A model generated the notes under the pieces. That model was not told where the DNA came from and made no database searches. It saw only the letters and a program-made list of their open reading frames with translations. The position numbers were made by a program, and so were the translations under genes. Shown in pieces: positions 10,157 to 20,046 of a stretch of DNA of 64,000 nt (the stretch's first letter is position 1; every line of letters starts with the position of its first letter). Source of the stretch: an uncultured Ignavibacteria bacterium (GTDB lineage Bacteria; Bacteroidota; Ignavibacteria; Kapaibacteriales; UBA2268); NCBI GenBank assembly GCA_937127445.1, contig CAKZLY010000030.1, positions 10,023 to 74,022 on the forward strand. The letters run 5' to 3'.

Positions 10157-11268
10157 TCAGATGCTCCATCTTTATTCTCGATATCATTTAAAACAGGCAA
10201 ATCATTTTTATTATTTTCACTCGCGTTATTTTGTTTTTTTGCTTGATTTTGACGTCTTAGTTGATTAAAGTTTATTGATGGAGTAAGTTTTACGTGTTTT
10301 CGAATGATACCGCGAGCACGAAGAGTATCTTCAGCGTATAAATATCTTTGAATATTCCGTAAACTCGAACGAGCTTCCTTAGGAATTTGAATGATTGGGA
10401 TAAGAGCTTCTTCGACTTCGAGAGGATTATCGGGTAATTGAACAATGCCATCTTTGTTTGAAGTAAAATCGAGCCAGGGACCACCTTTAGTGCGAGAGAA
10501 ACCAAAATGTCCGAGTAAAATCACAGGTGTTCCACTAAAAGGAATAAATTTGCCGCTGGTATCTTTTTTTGCAGATTCACCCCAATTGTAAAGCCATTCA
10601 GCATCATCAATAAACTGGCGTAAGCAGGAATGGGAAACAGGCCGTCCGGGCATTTCAAATTGATGGAAGGCACTGCCAGCTGCACTATGGAAATTGAAAG
10701 TAAAAGGCATGATCCACGTGCTATCGAGAGACGAACGTCTGAGGCGTTCTCTCCATACAAGAGCATATCTACCTGGAAACGATGGGGTTCGCTCTTTACC
10801 AGAGTTGACAGCAGCAAATCGAACTAATTTGCCATTTTCGTAGCATCCATAGGCTTGTTTATCAATGGAAGCCAATATGATTTTTTTAATATTGCTTGCA
10901 GACGAGTACGATTGAGGGAAAATTGAATAATCAAGAATATTGTTCGTAAAAATTTCAGGTACAATAATTTTTTCACCATTTTTGATAAAGCGTAATTCTT
11001 TTCGATTTAACGTCATAATGATTTTTTTGGCAATTGATTTATCGATACTATCTGGCAGAGAAGAAAAAATCGAATCAAGGAAGCCGCGATTCTTAATTTC
11101 TACAAGATTGTACTTTATGTAAGGTGGTTCATAATAAGCGGTATTTGTTTGTTCAGTCTCAACATCTGGAGAAATGTCAGGATTTTCTTGAAAAGTATCG
11201 TCATTTTTGCTGCAACTTATTAGAAAAATTGATATTATCGCAAAACAGAGAAAAAATTTGTTTAACAT
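10153..11268 (-). CDS. L,D-transpeptidase (YkuD family) lipoprotein
   Basis: Lipobox LISC; YENGKLVRFAAVNSG; WIMPF; catalytic-type FHQ...PVSHSCLR...DAEWLYNW. Confidence 0.8.
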   Translation of the reverse strand: MLNKFFLCFAIISIFLISCSKNDDTFQENPDISPDVETEQTNTAYYEPPYIKYNLVEIKNRGFLDSIFSSLPDSIDKSIAKKIIMTLNRKELRFIKNGEKIIVPEIFTNNILDYSIFPQSYSSASNIKKIILASIDKQAYGCYENGKLVRFAAVNSGKERTPSFPGRYALVWRERLRRSSLDSTWIMPFTFNFHSAAGSAFHQFEMPGRPVSHSCLRQFIDDAEWLYNWGESAKKDTSGKFIPFSGTPVILLGHFGFSRTKGGPWLDFTSNKDGIVQLPDNPLEVEEALIPIIQIPKEARSSLRNIQRYLYAEDTLRARGIIRKHVKLTPSINFNQLRRQNQAKKQNNASENNKNDLPVLNDIENKDGASD

Positions 11269-11278
11269 ATCGTTTTAA

Positions 11279-12115
11279 TTATTGATTTATAAAGTGAATT
11301 GGAATAGTCAATTTTGAATGAACTGGCTTACCTCCACGTTTAGCAGGGCGAAATTTCACATAGTCTATCACATTAAGAGCATAAGAATTAAATAAATCGT
11401 TATCTGATGAGACAACTTTCTTTTCGATAACATTACCAAGTTCGTTAAGCACAATTTCGATGGTAACAGTCCCTTCTTTACCTTGTTCTTTAGCTCTTTG
11501 AGGTATTATAAGGTTTTCGGTAATGTCGCGATAGTCGTAATAAGGAGCTTCGTCGATTTCAGGTTTTTCTTCTGCTAACTGGATACCACCGTTAATAGTT
11601 TCAATTTGAATATGGGCAACACCTTCCTGGGTTCTAATTTTATTAGAGGATTTGGTATCAAACTTAATTCTCTCGGAATTTTTAAGCATCATAGCTAAAT
11701 TATTCAACAGATTAATTTTTCCAGGGAATAGGAAATATTTACTTTTTTCAATATTAATTTTGTCTAATTGGTTGATTTTTTTCAAAATGCTATCACATTT
11801 CGAATTAATGTTTTGCATAAAGGTGTTCTTTTCCTCTAAGCTCATCTCTGCGCTTAGAAAAGCAGAACTATTAGCAATCATAAAGAACTGATAAGCAGAA
11901 GAATAATCTTCGAGTTCAAGCAACCAATCAGCAAATTCAACGAACTTGCTTGGATGTATTGCTGAAAAGTCGTTCCCAAAGTGATTGGATAGCCCTTTAT
12001 ATATTTTTGAATGGTCTTTTGCATAAATGCCGATTTTAATTTCATCAAAATTGTTTTGAGAGAATAGGAACACACAACTCGATAAAAAATAAACTAAAAA
12101 AAACAACTTTTTCAT
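11279..12115 (-). CDS. TonB C-terminal domain protein
   Basis: C-terminal IPQRAKEQGKEGTVTIEIVLNELGNV...KFRPAKRGGKPV..LTIPIHF; N-terminal signal peptide. Confidence 0.8.
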   Translation of the reverse strand: MKKLFFLVYFLSSCVFLFSQNNFDEIKIGIYAKDHSKIYKGLSNHFGNDFSAIHPSKFVEFADWLLELEDYSSAYQFFMIANSSAFLSAEMSLEEKNTFMQNINSKCDSILKKINQLDKINIEKSKYFLFPGKINLLNNLAMMLKNSERIKFDTKSSNKIRTQEGVAHIQIETINGGIQLAEEKPEIDEAPYYDYRDITENLIIPQRAKEQGKEGTVTIEIVLNELGNVIEKKVVSSDNDLFNSYALNVIDYVKFRPAKRGGKPVHSKLTIPIHFINQ

Positions 12116-12215
12116 ATAATATAATACCAGAAACTAATTATCTATATTAGCAAATATAAAAAATAATTGCACAAAATAAAAACCGCATACGAACCAGAAT
12201 AAGCAAAGCTAATTA

Positions 12216-13520
12216 CTACTTAGCAATACGCATCCATTTAAACAAATCTTTAAAAGTAGGTTTCTTTCCATACATAAGAATGCCAACTCGATAAATCCTT
12301 GCGGCAATTTTCAGGCATAAAAAGAATGTTCCGACTGTTAAAACAATTGATGCTAATATTTGCCAGAGTGGCACTTGTGTTGCAGCGATTCGAACTGTCA
12401 TCAATATAGGAGTGAAAAACGGAATAAGCGACAAAATTATGGCAAGAATGCTATCAGGATTACTAATCACATTGAAAACAAGCAAAATAGGAATGATTAT
12501 TGGCAAAGTAACAGGAGTTTGTAATTGTGCAGCATCTTGTTCTTGGTCGACAGCCGAACCAATAGCTGCAAACAAAGTTGCATAGATAAAATAACCAATT
12601 AAGAAATAATAAATGAAGCCAATAATAAGCCAAGGAGAGATAGCTGGAATTTCAAGACCAGCAATATTGAGCATGGTTCCGGAGCTTTGTGGCATTGCAG
12701 TTTGATTTTGCAATTGAGCAATCTGCTCCGGAGAAATAGAACCGCTGAAAATTGTTCCTGCAATTGTAATTGCAGCAAAACCGAGAATAATCCAGACAGT
12801 GACCTGTGTTAACCCAACCAGCCCAATTCCGATAACCTTTCCCATCATAATTTCGAATGGTTTTGCAGAAGAAGCAACAACTTCAATTATGCGATTTGCC
12901 TTTTCTTCGATTACTCCCCGGCTAACAAGCGAGCCATAAGCAAACATCAGGAAATAAATCACAAAGCCCAGAAAGTAGCCAATTGCAGCATAAACTTCTG
13001 TGTAATCTTTTTGTTCGCCACGTTCAGTAACTTTTAGAGTTTTTATTTTGAAAGGCTTGTCTATTAATTTGAGAATATCATCAGTTGCTCCCGCATCTTT
13101 AAGTTGTTTTTGCTTTATAATATCACCAAGATTGCCTTCTAAGCTGGTAATAAATCCAATGCCACCACCCGAGGTGAAAACAAGTGCTTCGCCACTGCTA
13201 ATTACATTTTCATCAACAACGACGAAACCATCACTTTCGCCAGCAAGAACTTGACGACGAAGTTCATCTTCTGATTTATCAGATAAGTAATATTTTGAAG
13301 TATCGAGGTTTACCAATTTCTGTCCAATCCCAAAATTTGTTTTATCGACGATAGCAATTTTTTTGGAAGTTGAATCAGCAGATAAATAAGCCACTAAACC
13401 GGGAATAACAATCAGCAAAATGAGGAACAATGGTCCTAAAAGAGTGCCAATAATAAAACCTTTTGATTTAATACGAGTAAAATATTCGTGCGAAATAATT
13501 GTGATAATTTTATTGTTCAT
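12216..13520 (-). CDS. ABC-2 transporter permease (NatB-like)
   Basis: EYFTRIKSKGF; VIEEKANRIIEVVASS..PFEIMMGK; ARIYRVGILMYGKKP. ATG 13520 follows AGGAG and overlaps the ATPase stop. Confidence 0.9.
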   Translation of the reverse strand: MNNKIITIISHEYFTRIKSKGFIIGTLLGPLFLILLIVIPGLVAYLSADSTSKKIAIVDKTNFGIGQKLVNLDTSKYYLSDKSEDELRRQVLAGESDGFVVVDENVISSGEALVFTSGGGIGFITSLEGNLGDIIKQKQLKDAGATDDILKLIDKPFKIKTLKVTERGEQKDYTEVYAAIGYFLGFVIYFLMFAYGSLVSRGVIEEKANRIIEVVASSAKPFEIMMGKVIGIGLVGLTQVTVWIILGFAAITIAGTIFSGSISPEQIAQLQNQTAMPQSSGTMLNIAGLEIPAISPWLIIGFIYYFLIGYFIYATLFAAIGSAVDQEQDAAQLQTPVTLPIIIPILLVFNVISNPDSILAIILSLIPFFTPILMTVRIAATQVPLWQILASIVLTVGTFFLCLKIAARIYRVGILMYGKKPTFKDLFKWMRIAK

Positions 13521-14430
13521 TTTTATCTCCTTGTTGATTAGCAACAGTATCAATGAAAATTTCGTGCATTGTGGGGAGCGAAAGGTCAAATCTTGTTACA
13601 GTGGCAAATTCAGAAACAGTTTTGAAAATATCATTAGTATTAATTGATTGATTAAGCAATTTTAATTCTAAACGTGAATTTGAACGGTTAAGAATTTCTA
13701 CATTCTCAAGTAATTTGATAAATTCATCGCTTCCGTCAAATTCGACAACTAAATGATTGCGACCATATCTCGATTTGATTTCTGAAACTTTACCGTCGAG
13801 GACGAGTTTGCCCTTGTTAATCATACAAATGCTGTCGCACAGTTCTTCGACTTGCGACATAACGTGGGTTGAAAGGATAATTGTTTTACCTTCATCTCTA
13901 AGTTCAAGCAAAATATTTTTAACAAGTTCAGTGTTGATTGGGTCGAACCCAGAGAATGGCTCATCAAGAATAATAAGTTCAGGAGAATGGAGAATAGTTG
14001 TAATAAACTGAATTTTTTGCTGCATACCTTTGGATAATTCTTGAATTTTTTTATTTTCCCAGCCAGAAGCACCAAGCTTATTAAGCCAAAAGCGAGCACA
14101 TTCGATAGCGGTTGATTTTGGTATTCCTTTTAGTCGGGCAAAATAAACGATTTGTTCCATTACTTTAAGTTTTTTGTAAAGACCTCTTTCTTCTGGCAAA
14201 TAACCGATTTTATTTTGCAAATTTGAATTAAGTTTTTCGTCAAAAATATAAATTTCACCTTCGTCAGGGATTAAAATATTGTTAATCATTCGAATAAGGG
14301 TTGTTTTGCCAGCACCATTGGGACCGAGCAAACCAAAAATTTGCCCGCTTTCGACTGTAAAAGAAACATTATTAGCAGCGGCATAGTTCCCAAATCTTTT
14401 AGTAACATTTTTTACTTCGAGTATTTCCAT
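13510..14430 (-). CDS. ABC transporter ATP-binding protein
   Basis: Walker A GPNGAGKTT, signature LSKGMQQK, Walker B IILDEPFSG, H-loop STH. Confidence 0.95.
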   Translation of the reverse strand: MEILEVKNVTKRFGNYAAANNVSFTVESGQIFGLLGPNGAGKTTLIRMINNILIPDEGEIYIFDEKLNSNLQNKIGYLPEERGLYKKLKVMEQIVYFARLKGIPKSTAIECARFWLNKLGASGWENKKIQELSKGMQQKIQFITTILHSPELIILDEPFSGFDPINTELVKNILLELRDEGKTIILSTHVMSQVEELCDSICMINKGKLVLDGKVSEIKSRYGRNHLVVEFDGSDEFIKLLENVEILNRSNSRLELKLLNQSINTNDIFKTVSEFATVTRFDLSLPTMHEIFIDTVANQQGDKNEQ

Positions 14431-14629
14431 CTATATTGCTCACATAAATTGAAGAAAAAAACTCAACAAACATACGAAAGAAAAGAATAAAAAGTTTCAT
14501 TTTTATTCTGATAACGATTGAGTTAGTCGCTTTATAACAAAAAAATAAAGAGAAGAAACAAATTTAAAACTCTCAAAAATGGGCTGAACCATCGATATAG
14601 AACAGTCTATATTTCGAAAAAGTTGACAA

Positions 14630-15121
14630 TTATTCTTCGATGGAATTTATAATATCCATTATGATATTTGTTTGCTCTAAATCTTTAACAGCAATGTTCA
14701 AGCAATGTCCGACTTCGTTAATAACGTCCATTTCGTCGTAGCTAATTTTGTAACCAAATAGAGAACCAGAAGCATTGGCAATAAACACACCAATAGCAAT
14801 TAAGTGTTTTTTAAAAGAAAGTGCGTCTTTGGGTTCAATTTTATTATCAAGGATAAATGCAGTTTTGCGCAAAATTTCTTTTGCAGGTTGTTTTTGAGCA
14901 TCGAAAATGTTACTGAGTTCATCACCATTAGGAACAGTTTGAAGAATTTCTTTTGCAAGGGAGTTATTTAACTTATGGGAATTTTTGATAATTACTTCGA
15001 TAGCGTCTTTTTCTTTTTTGTCGATTTTTCCATCAGCGCCGGCAATCATTTTAAAAACCGCAAAAATTGAAGATTGCAAAATAGCCCAATCTTCGTTCGG
15101 AAGCAATTCTTTGTAAGCCAT
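14630..15121 (-). CDS. TerB-like family protein
   Basis: Helical 163-aa protein with TerB-type motif IAGADGKIDKKE and a second-half echo ANASG..KISYDE. Confidence 0.6.
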   Translation of the reverse strand: MAYKELLPNEDWAILQSSIFAVFKMIAGADGKIDKKEKDAIEVIIKNSHKLNNSLAKEILQTVPNGDELSNIFDAQKQPAKEILRKTAFILDNKIEPKDALSFKKHLIAIGVFIANASGSLFGYKISYDEMDVINEVGHCLNIAVKDLEQTNIIMDIINSIEE

Positions 15122-15190
15122 ATTAACCTCGAAAAAAGGATAAAAGTAGTATTTTTAGAGACTTAAAAGATAAAATTATATTGTAAAGAA

Positions 15191-16054
15191 TCAATTGTTT
15201 TTGCGAATAAATTCTTCCAAGGTAAAGTAAGAATTTGTGAAATGTTTGCCGACACGGTAATTATCTTCGTCAAAATATACGCGCAATTTTTGCTCGATTG
15301 TCTGAAAGAAGTGGACAGGGACAGAAAATTCGGAGGAAATAAACAATCTACCACCTGAATTAATAATTGCACTTGTTAGCAGTGATTGCTGTTCAGATTG
15401 CACTTGATAAGTGGCTTCGCCTGTACGGATAAAACGAAATCTAATGCAGGAATAGCCAAGAGTATCGATTTTATCTTCGGCACGCATTAAATTTGAGTGT
15501 TCAACAATAGCAGGTGGGAAAGAATTTTCGACAAGAGTATCGATTGAGCTCACCAACCAGGATTCATTTACTGCTTTGCAAGATTGACTGAATGGAAAAA
15601 ATAAATACGGTTGAAATGGTCCTCCTGGCGAAACAGCAGCATTAATAACATCCCCGGCAACCGAACGAATTCTCTTTGAAACAGAATCTATAACTAAGAA
15701 GAATTTTCTATTGACCCAGGGTGAAGTTTTTCTCATTACATCTTTTATTTCACCTTTTGATTCGGCGGCAGTATAGTCTGTAAAACACAAATTTAGATGG
15801 AATCTGCCCAATTTATCAACAGAATCACATTTGACAATAAATCTTTCCCAGCGGTCCCTCACCAAAGGGGTATCGTCCTCAAAAACGATACTATCGCGGG
15901 ATTCGACGCGATAAATTAGCAGGTCACCTTGCTGAAATTTATATTTGAAACAAGCTGTATCACCTGGAACTTTTTCAATTTCCTCAAAATCAGATTGAGC
16001 GAGACAAAATATGCTCGTTGTTATGAGTACTATTAAATAAACTAACTTTTTCAT
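15191..16054 (-). CDS. Hypothetical secreted/periplasmic protein
   Basis: Signal peptide ending CLAQ; beta-rich body starting FKYKFQQGD..IYRV. Confidence 0.75.
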   Translation of the reverse strand: MKKLVYLIVLITTSIFCLAQSDFEEIEKVPGDTACFKYKFQQGDLLIYRVESRDSIVFEDDTPLVRDRWERFIVKCDSVDKLGRFHLNLCFTDYTAAESKGEIKDVMRKTSPWVNRKFFLVIDSVSKRIRSVAGDVINAAVSPGGPFQPYLFFPFSQSCKAVNESWLVSSIDTLVENSFPPAIVEHSNLMRAEDKIDTLGYSCIRFRFIRTGEATYQVQSEQQSLLTSAIINSGGRLFISSEFSVPVHFFQTIEQKLRVYFDEDNYRVGKHFTNSYFTLEEFIRKNN

Positions 16055-16096
16055 ATGCTCGAAAAAATGTATTTGTAATAATTACAAAAATAGTGT

Positions 16097-16104
16097 TAAT
16101 TTTG
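16097..16104 (+). promoter_or_regulatory. Bacteroidota-type -7 promoter element for tRNA-Glu
   Basis: TAATTTTG about 40 nt upstream of the tRNA. A divergent TATTTTTG lies on the minus strand at 16085-16092 upstream of gene 15191-16054. Confidence 0.45.
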
Positions 16105-16142
16105 AAATAATTGACGATAATAATGATAAATCGTTTCATTAG

Positions 16143-16214
16143 GGCGCATTCGTCTAACGGTTAGGACGCAGCCCTCTCAAGGCTGAAATAGGGGTTCGAT
16201 TCCCCTATGCGCTG
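16143..16214 (+). tRNA. tRNA-Glu (anticodon CTC), CCA not encoded
   Basis: Acceptor GGCGCAT/ATGCGCT; D arm GTCTAACGGTTAGGAC; anticodon stem CAGCC/GGCTG with loop CT-CTC-AA; T arm AGGGG-TTCGATT-CCCCT. Confidence 0.95.
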
Positions 16215-16310
16215 CAAGAGTTCCTCGGTAATATTCCACAACAAAGATTAGTTGATTGATTTGTAAACATTTTTTTTTATTTTTGGATATGTTAAATATT
16301 GCCGAAAAAT

Positions 16311-16769
16311 ATGGATGAAATAGCAAAAAATTTAGACAAGTTTAAATTTTACGTTGAGGGAAAAGTTCAATTTAACGAAGTTGATTCTTTCGAGGTCGTT
16401 CACAATATACAATATCTATATTGGATGGAAAATTCACGATTGGAATATCTGGACAAAATTGGGATCAAAATAGGGAGAAATACTATTAGAGAAAAATTAC
16501 CATTGATGGTTGTAAACACAAGCATTTCTTATCTTGCTCCTTTATTTTTCACAGACAAATATAGAGTATATTGCCGAACAGCTTCAATTGGGAATTCATC
16601 ACTGACGATGGAAAATATTGTAACGAATGAAAGTAATGAAGTGTGTGCAATAGCAAGGTCTGTAATGGTGCATCTTGAAAAAGGAACTTTCAAATCAAAA
16701 AGAATTCCTGATGAAGTAAGAGAAAAAATCAAGCAATTTGAACAGGTTAATTTAGAAATTTCGGGTTAA
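16311..16769 (+). CDS. Acyl-CoA thioesterase (4HBT/YbgC hot-dog fold)
   Basis: VQFNEVDSFEVVHNIQYLYWMENSRLEY; SYLAPL; SIGNSSL; SKRIPDEVR. Confidence 0.88.
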   Translation: MDEIAKNLDKFKFYVEGKVQFNEVDSFEVVHNIQYLYWMENSRLEYLDKIGIKIGRNTIREKLPLMVVNTSISYLAPLFFTDKYRVYCRTASIGNSSLTMENIVTNESNEVCAIARSVMVHLEKGTFKSKRIPDEVREKIKQFEQVNLEISG

Positions 16770-16770
16770 T

Positions 16771-18315
16771 ATGAAGAAAATAGAGAACTGGGCAGCAAAC
16801 GAACTTGCAGCTCAATGCATTATCCCAAGATTGGACATCGAGAAATTTTCTGAGGATAGTGAATACAAGAATGAGATAATAAAGCTCGTGGAAAAGGGCA
16901 TTGGTGGATTTTGTATTTTTGGTGGGAATTGCGAACTTGTTGAGAAAACTACAAGTTATTTGCAGTCAATAGCAGAAATACCGCTAATATTTGCAGCGGA
17001 TTTTGAAAATGGACTACCTATGCGTTTGGACGATGGAACTTCGTTTCCCCACGCAATGGCTATTGGTATTGCCAACGACACAAAAATAACAGAAGAGATA
17101 TCAATTGCAATTGCTAAAGAAGCAAAAGACATTGGTGTGCACTGGAATTTAGCACCTGTGTGCGATATAAACTCAAATCCAAAAAATCCAATAATAAATA
17201 TTCGCTCTTTTGGTCAAACAAGCGAAATTGTTGTCCAACACATTAGGACATATATCAGAGGGACACAATCAGAAAAAGTTGCAGCAACGGCAAAACATTT
17301 TCCGGGACATGGGAATACTTCTATTGATTCTCACATAGAATTGCCAATAATTGATTGCAGTTTAAGTGAATTATATGAAAACGAATTAATTCCATTCCAA
17401 ACAGCAATTAAGTGCAACGTAAAGTCAATTATGGTTGGACATCTCCTTGTAAAATCTATTGACGAGAACAAACCAGCATCACTATCTGAGAAGGTCATAA
17501 AGTTATACATTCGAGAAAAGCTTGGCTATGATGGGATTGTTCTAACAGATGCATTGGATATGAAGTCAGTTTCTAATAAGTTTTCACCAAATGAATTAAT
17601 AATGCAAGCGATTTCGGCGGGGAACGATATTTTGTTGATGCCCGAAAATCCATCAGTTGCAATTAGCATTGTCGCACAGGCAATTGAGAAGTCAGAAGAG
17701 TTGCGGGAACAAGTTATCAATTCAGTTCGGAAAATACATTCTTTAAAAAGATTTTGCGGGCTAATTCCAAGTTTTGCTAGAAATGAAACAAAACTGAATA
17801 CTTGGATGAAGCATACAAATCTGGCTTTAAGAGCAGCGATAAAAACGATCAAATCGAATATTGCTGAAAGTGAGTTGCCAATAGATAATAGCAAACAATA
17901 TGCTGCATTTTCAATTATCCAGAACGATTATGATATGCAAGCAGCATCAAGATTTTTTACAATGTTGGCACAGGCAACAGAGAATGACTGCGACTACGGA
18001 TATTTAGATACAAATATTTCAGATGATGATATTCAAAAATTAGTAGAAAACATTCAAAATGCAGAATTTTTGATTTTTGCGATTTTTTCGAAAGGCAGAG
18101 CCTATCAAGGGGACATTGAAATTTCTGAAAAATTAAATACAATTATAGAAAAGGTATCGAACGGAAGGAAAAAGTATGTAATTATATTCGGTTATCCATA
18201 TTTTGCAAGAGAGTTAGAGTGCAAAAATATAATTTATTGCTATTCAGATTCTTTTCCTTCGATTGCAGCTGCGATAATGAAATTAACGGGAAGAGAGTTG
18301 CCTGAAAATTATTAA
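16771..18315 (+). CDS. Glycoside hydrolase family 3 beta-N-acetylglucosaminidase (NagZ-like)
   Basis: ADFENG; NLAPVCDINSNPKNPIINIRSFG; NagZ signature KHFPGHG..IDSH; TDALDM. Confidence 0.9.
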   Translation: MKKIENWAANELAAQCIIPRLDIEKFSEDSEYKNEIIKLVEKGIGGFCIFGGNCELVEKTTSYLQSIAEIPLIFAADFENGLPMRLDDGTSFPHAMAIGIANDTKITEEISIAIAKEAKDIGVHWNLAPVCDINSNPKNPIINIRSFGQTSEIVVQHIRTYIRGTQSEKVAATAKHFPGHGNTSIDSHIELPIIDCSLSELYENELIPFQTAIKCNVKSIMVGHLLVKSIDENKPASLSEKVIKLYIREKLGYDGIVLTDALDMKSVSNKFSPNELIMQAISAGNDILLMPENPSVAISIVAQAIEKSEELREQVINSVRKIHSLKRFCGLIPSFARNETKLNTWMKHTNLALRAAIKTIKSNIAESELPIDNSKQYAAFSIIQNDYDMQAASRFFTMLAQATENDCDYGYLDTNISDDDIQKLVENIQNAEFLIFAIFSKGRAYQGDIEISEKLNTIIEKVSNGRKKYVIIFGYPYFARELECKNIIYCYSDSFPSIAAAIMKLTGRELPENY

Positions 18316-18340
18316 TTTTGTTAAACAATTGAAAAATAAT

Positions 18341-19537
18341 ATGAGTAAACGTTTACGAGTTTTATTTTTAACCGCGAGATTTCCATATCCACTGATTGGT
18401 GGAGACAGATTAAAACCATATTATATTTTGAAATACCTGGGAAAGCAATGTGATGTAACATTAGTAACCTTTCATCAAGGGACTGATTTACCTAAGAGTT
18501 ATATTAACGAAATTGAAAAATTAGGGGTCAAATTAATTATAATTCCGCTTGATCCTGTTTCGGCAGGTTTGAAAGCAGGAATGAAGTTACTGACAAAAAG
18601 TCCACTGGAAATAGATTATTATTATTCAAATAACTACAAGAAAGCAGTAGAAGAATTGCAACCTGAAAGAAATTTTGATGTTGCGATTGCTTTCTTTATG
18701 CGAACAGCAGAATACATTAAAGATTTAAGAGTGCCTAAAATATTAATGGCAGAAGATTGCAGAACAATTTACCAATATCGTTCATTTCGGGAATCAAAGA
18801 GTTTGCTACAAAAATTAGTAAGGCGTTGGGAGTACAACAAGTTAAAAAAATACGAACCTGAGATTGTTAATTATTTCGACATTGTAACTTTCGTAAGTAA
18901 CGACGATATAAAAGAAATGCAAAAGTTAAACAGCGGAGTTGAATACAGATTACTTTCGAATGGAGTTGATTTGAACAGGTATATATTTAACAACGACATA
19001 AGAAACCGGGAAGGCATTCTGTTCGCTGGGAAGCTCGATGTTTGGGCAAATCAAATAATGATAAATACAATTGTCAATGAGATACTACCTGAAATATTGG
19101 CAAAACTGCCAGAAGTAGAGTTTCACATAGCAGGAGCCAAACCACCTCACAGTATAATGTCGCTAAAGGCCAAGAAAAACATTAATCTTCATATTGATGT
19201 ACCAGATATGTTGCCATATTTACATAGTGCAAGGTTATTTTTGCACCCACATTCGGGTGGGTCTGGCATTCAGAATAAATTATTAGAGGCAATGGCAAGT
19301 GGTTGCCCTGTAATTACTACACCGACTGGCAATCAAGGTATTTATGCAAAAAACGAAGAAAGTGCGATAATATGTAACACTAAAGAAGAGATGATACGTT
19401 ATGCAGTTAAGATATTAAAAGATGATGAATTTGCATCAAAGCTTGCAAATAATGCAAGAGTGCTTATCGAAGAAAAGCACTCTTGGGAAGCAATTTATCA
19501 ACAGTTAGATGATATTCTTAAAGAATTGCTGGATTAA
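18341..19537 (+). CDS. Glycosyltransferase family 4 (GT-B)
   Basis: RFPYPLIGGDRL; NGVD; GSGIQNKLLEAMASGCPVITT; HSWE. Confidence 0.9.
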   Translation: MSKRLRVLFLTARFPYPLIGGDRLKPYYILKYLGKQCDVTLVTFHQGTDLPKSYINEIEKLGVKLIIIPLDPVSAGLKAGMKLLTKSPLEIDYYYSNNYKKAVEELQPERNFDVAIAFFMRTAEYIKDLRVPKILMAEDCRTIYQYRSFRESKSLLQKLVRRWEYNKLKKYEPEIVNYFDIVTFVSNDDIKEMQKLNSGVEYRLLSNGVDLNRYIFNNDIRNREGILFAGKLDVWANQIMINTIVNEILPEILAKLPEVEFHIAGAKPPHSIMSLKAKKNINLHIDVPDMLPYLHSARLFLHPHSGGSGIQNKLLEAMASGCPVITTPTGNQGIYAKNEESAIICNTKEEMIRYAVKILKDDEFASKLANNARVLIEEKHSWEAIYQQLDDILKELLD

Positions 19538-19539
19538 GT

Positions 19540-19992
19540 TTAATTGAATGGCTTAAGCAATGGAAAATCTTTTCCAATAACGACGGTGGAACGAACGAAT
19601 AAAGTAGAATCAATTGTACTAACCACTAATGAATCAGGTATACCAATGGCGTAAGCTACTTTCCTTGCACTGCGTACATCTCCGAGCCTATCTAGAATAA
19701 ACGATTTTTCTTCTTTCTTTGGATAGTTACCAATTTCGACAACATCAAATCCGCGAAGGCGTAAAAATTCCATAACTTTAGCAGCAAGTCCGGGCTCACC
19801 ACAAGCATTCAGCACATTCACCTGAATAACAATGTCGTTTTGGCTTGTATTTGCTCCGTTCTCAATTTCAGCCTGAACAGGTGGAGATATAATTACTCGA
19901 TTAATAAAAGACGAAAGCATAACGATAACGATTAAGCCAAAAGAAACCAGCAATAGAATGTTAGCAGTTTTGTTGTTTGATAAGATTTTCAT
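19540..19992 (-). CDS. LytR C-terminal domain membrane protein
   Basis: N-terminal TM; VNVLNACGEPGLAAKV...LRLRGFDVVEIGN...VVIGKDF. Confidence 0.85.
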   Translation of the reverse strand: MKILSNNKTANILLLVSFGLIVIVMLSSFINRVIISPPVQAEIENGANTSQNDIVIQVNVLNACGEPGLAAKVMEFLRLRGFDVVEIGNYPKKEEKSFILDRLGDVRSARKVAYAIGIPDSLVVSTIDSTLFVRSTVVIGKDFPLLKPFN

Positions 19993-20046
19993 ATTCCCCC
20001 CAAAAATTATAAAATAATCACAGGGGAATTATCAATAATTATGCCA

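Noticed and set aside
14578..14612. GGGCTG...CAGTCT hairpin as a fifth member of the GGCTGCC family
   Set aside because: It needs several G-U pairs and lacks the GCTGCC core; too degenerate to include.
16143..16300. tRNA-Glu (and the CAT tRNA at 48455) as island integration sites
   Set aside because: No integrase nearby, no duplicated tRNA 3' end noticed, and the flanking genes are housekeeping-type.
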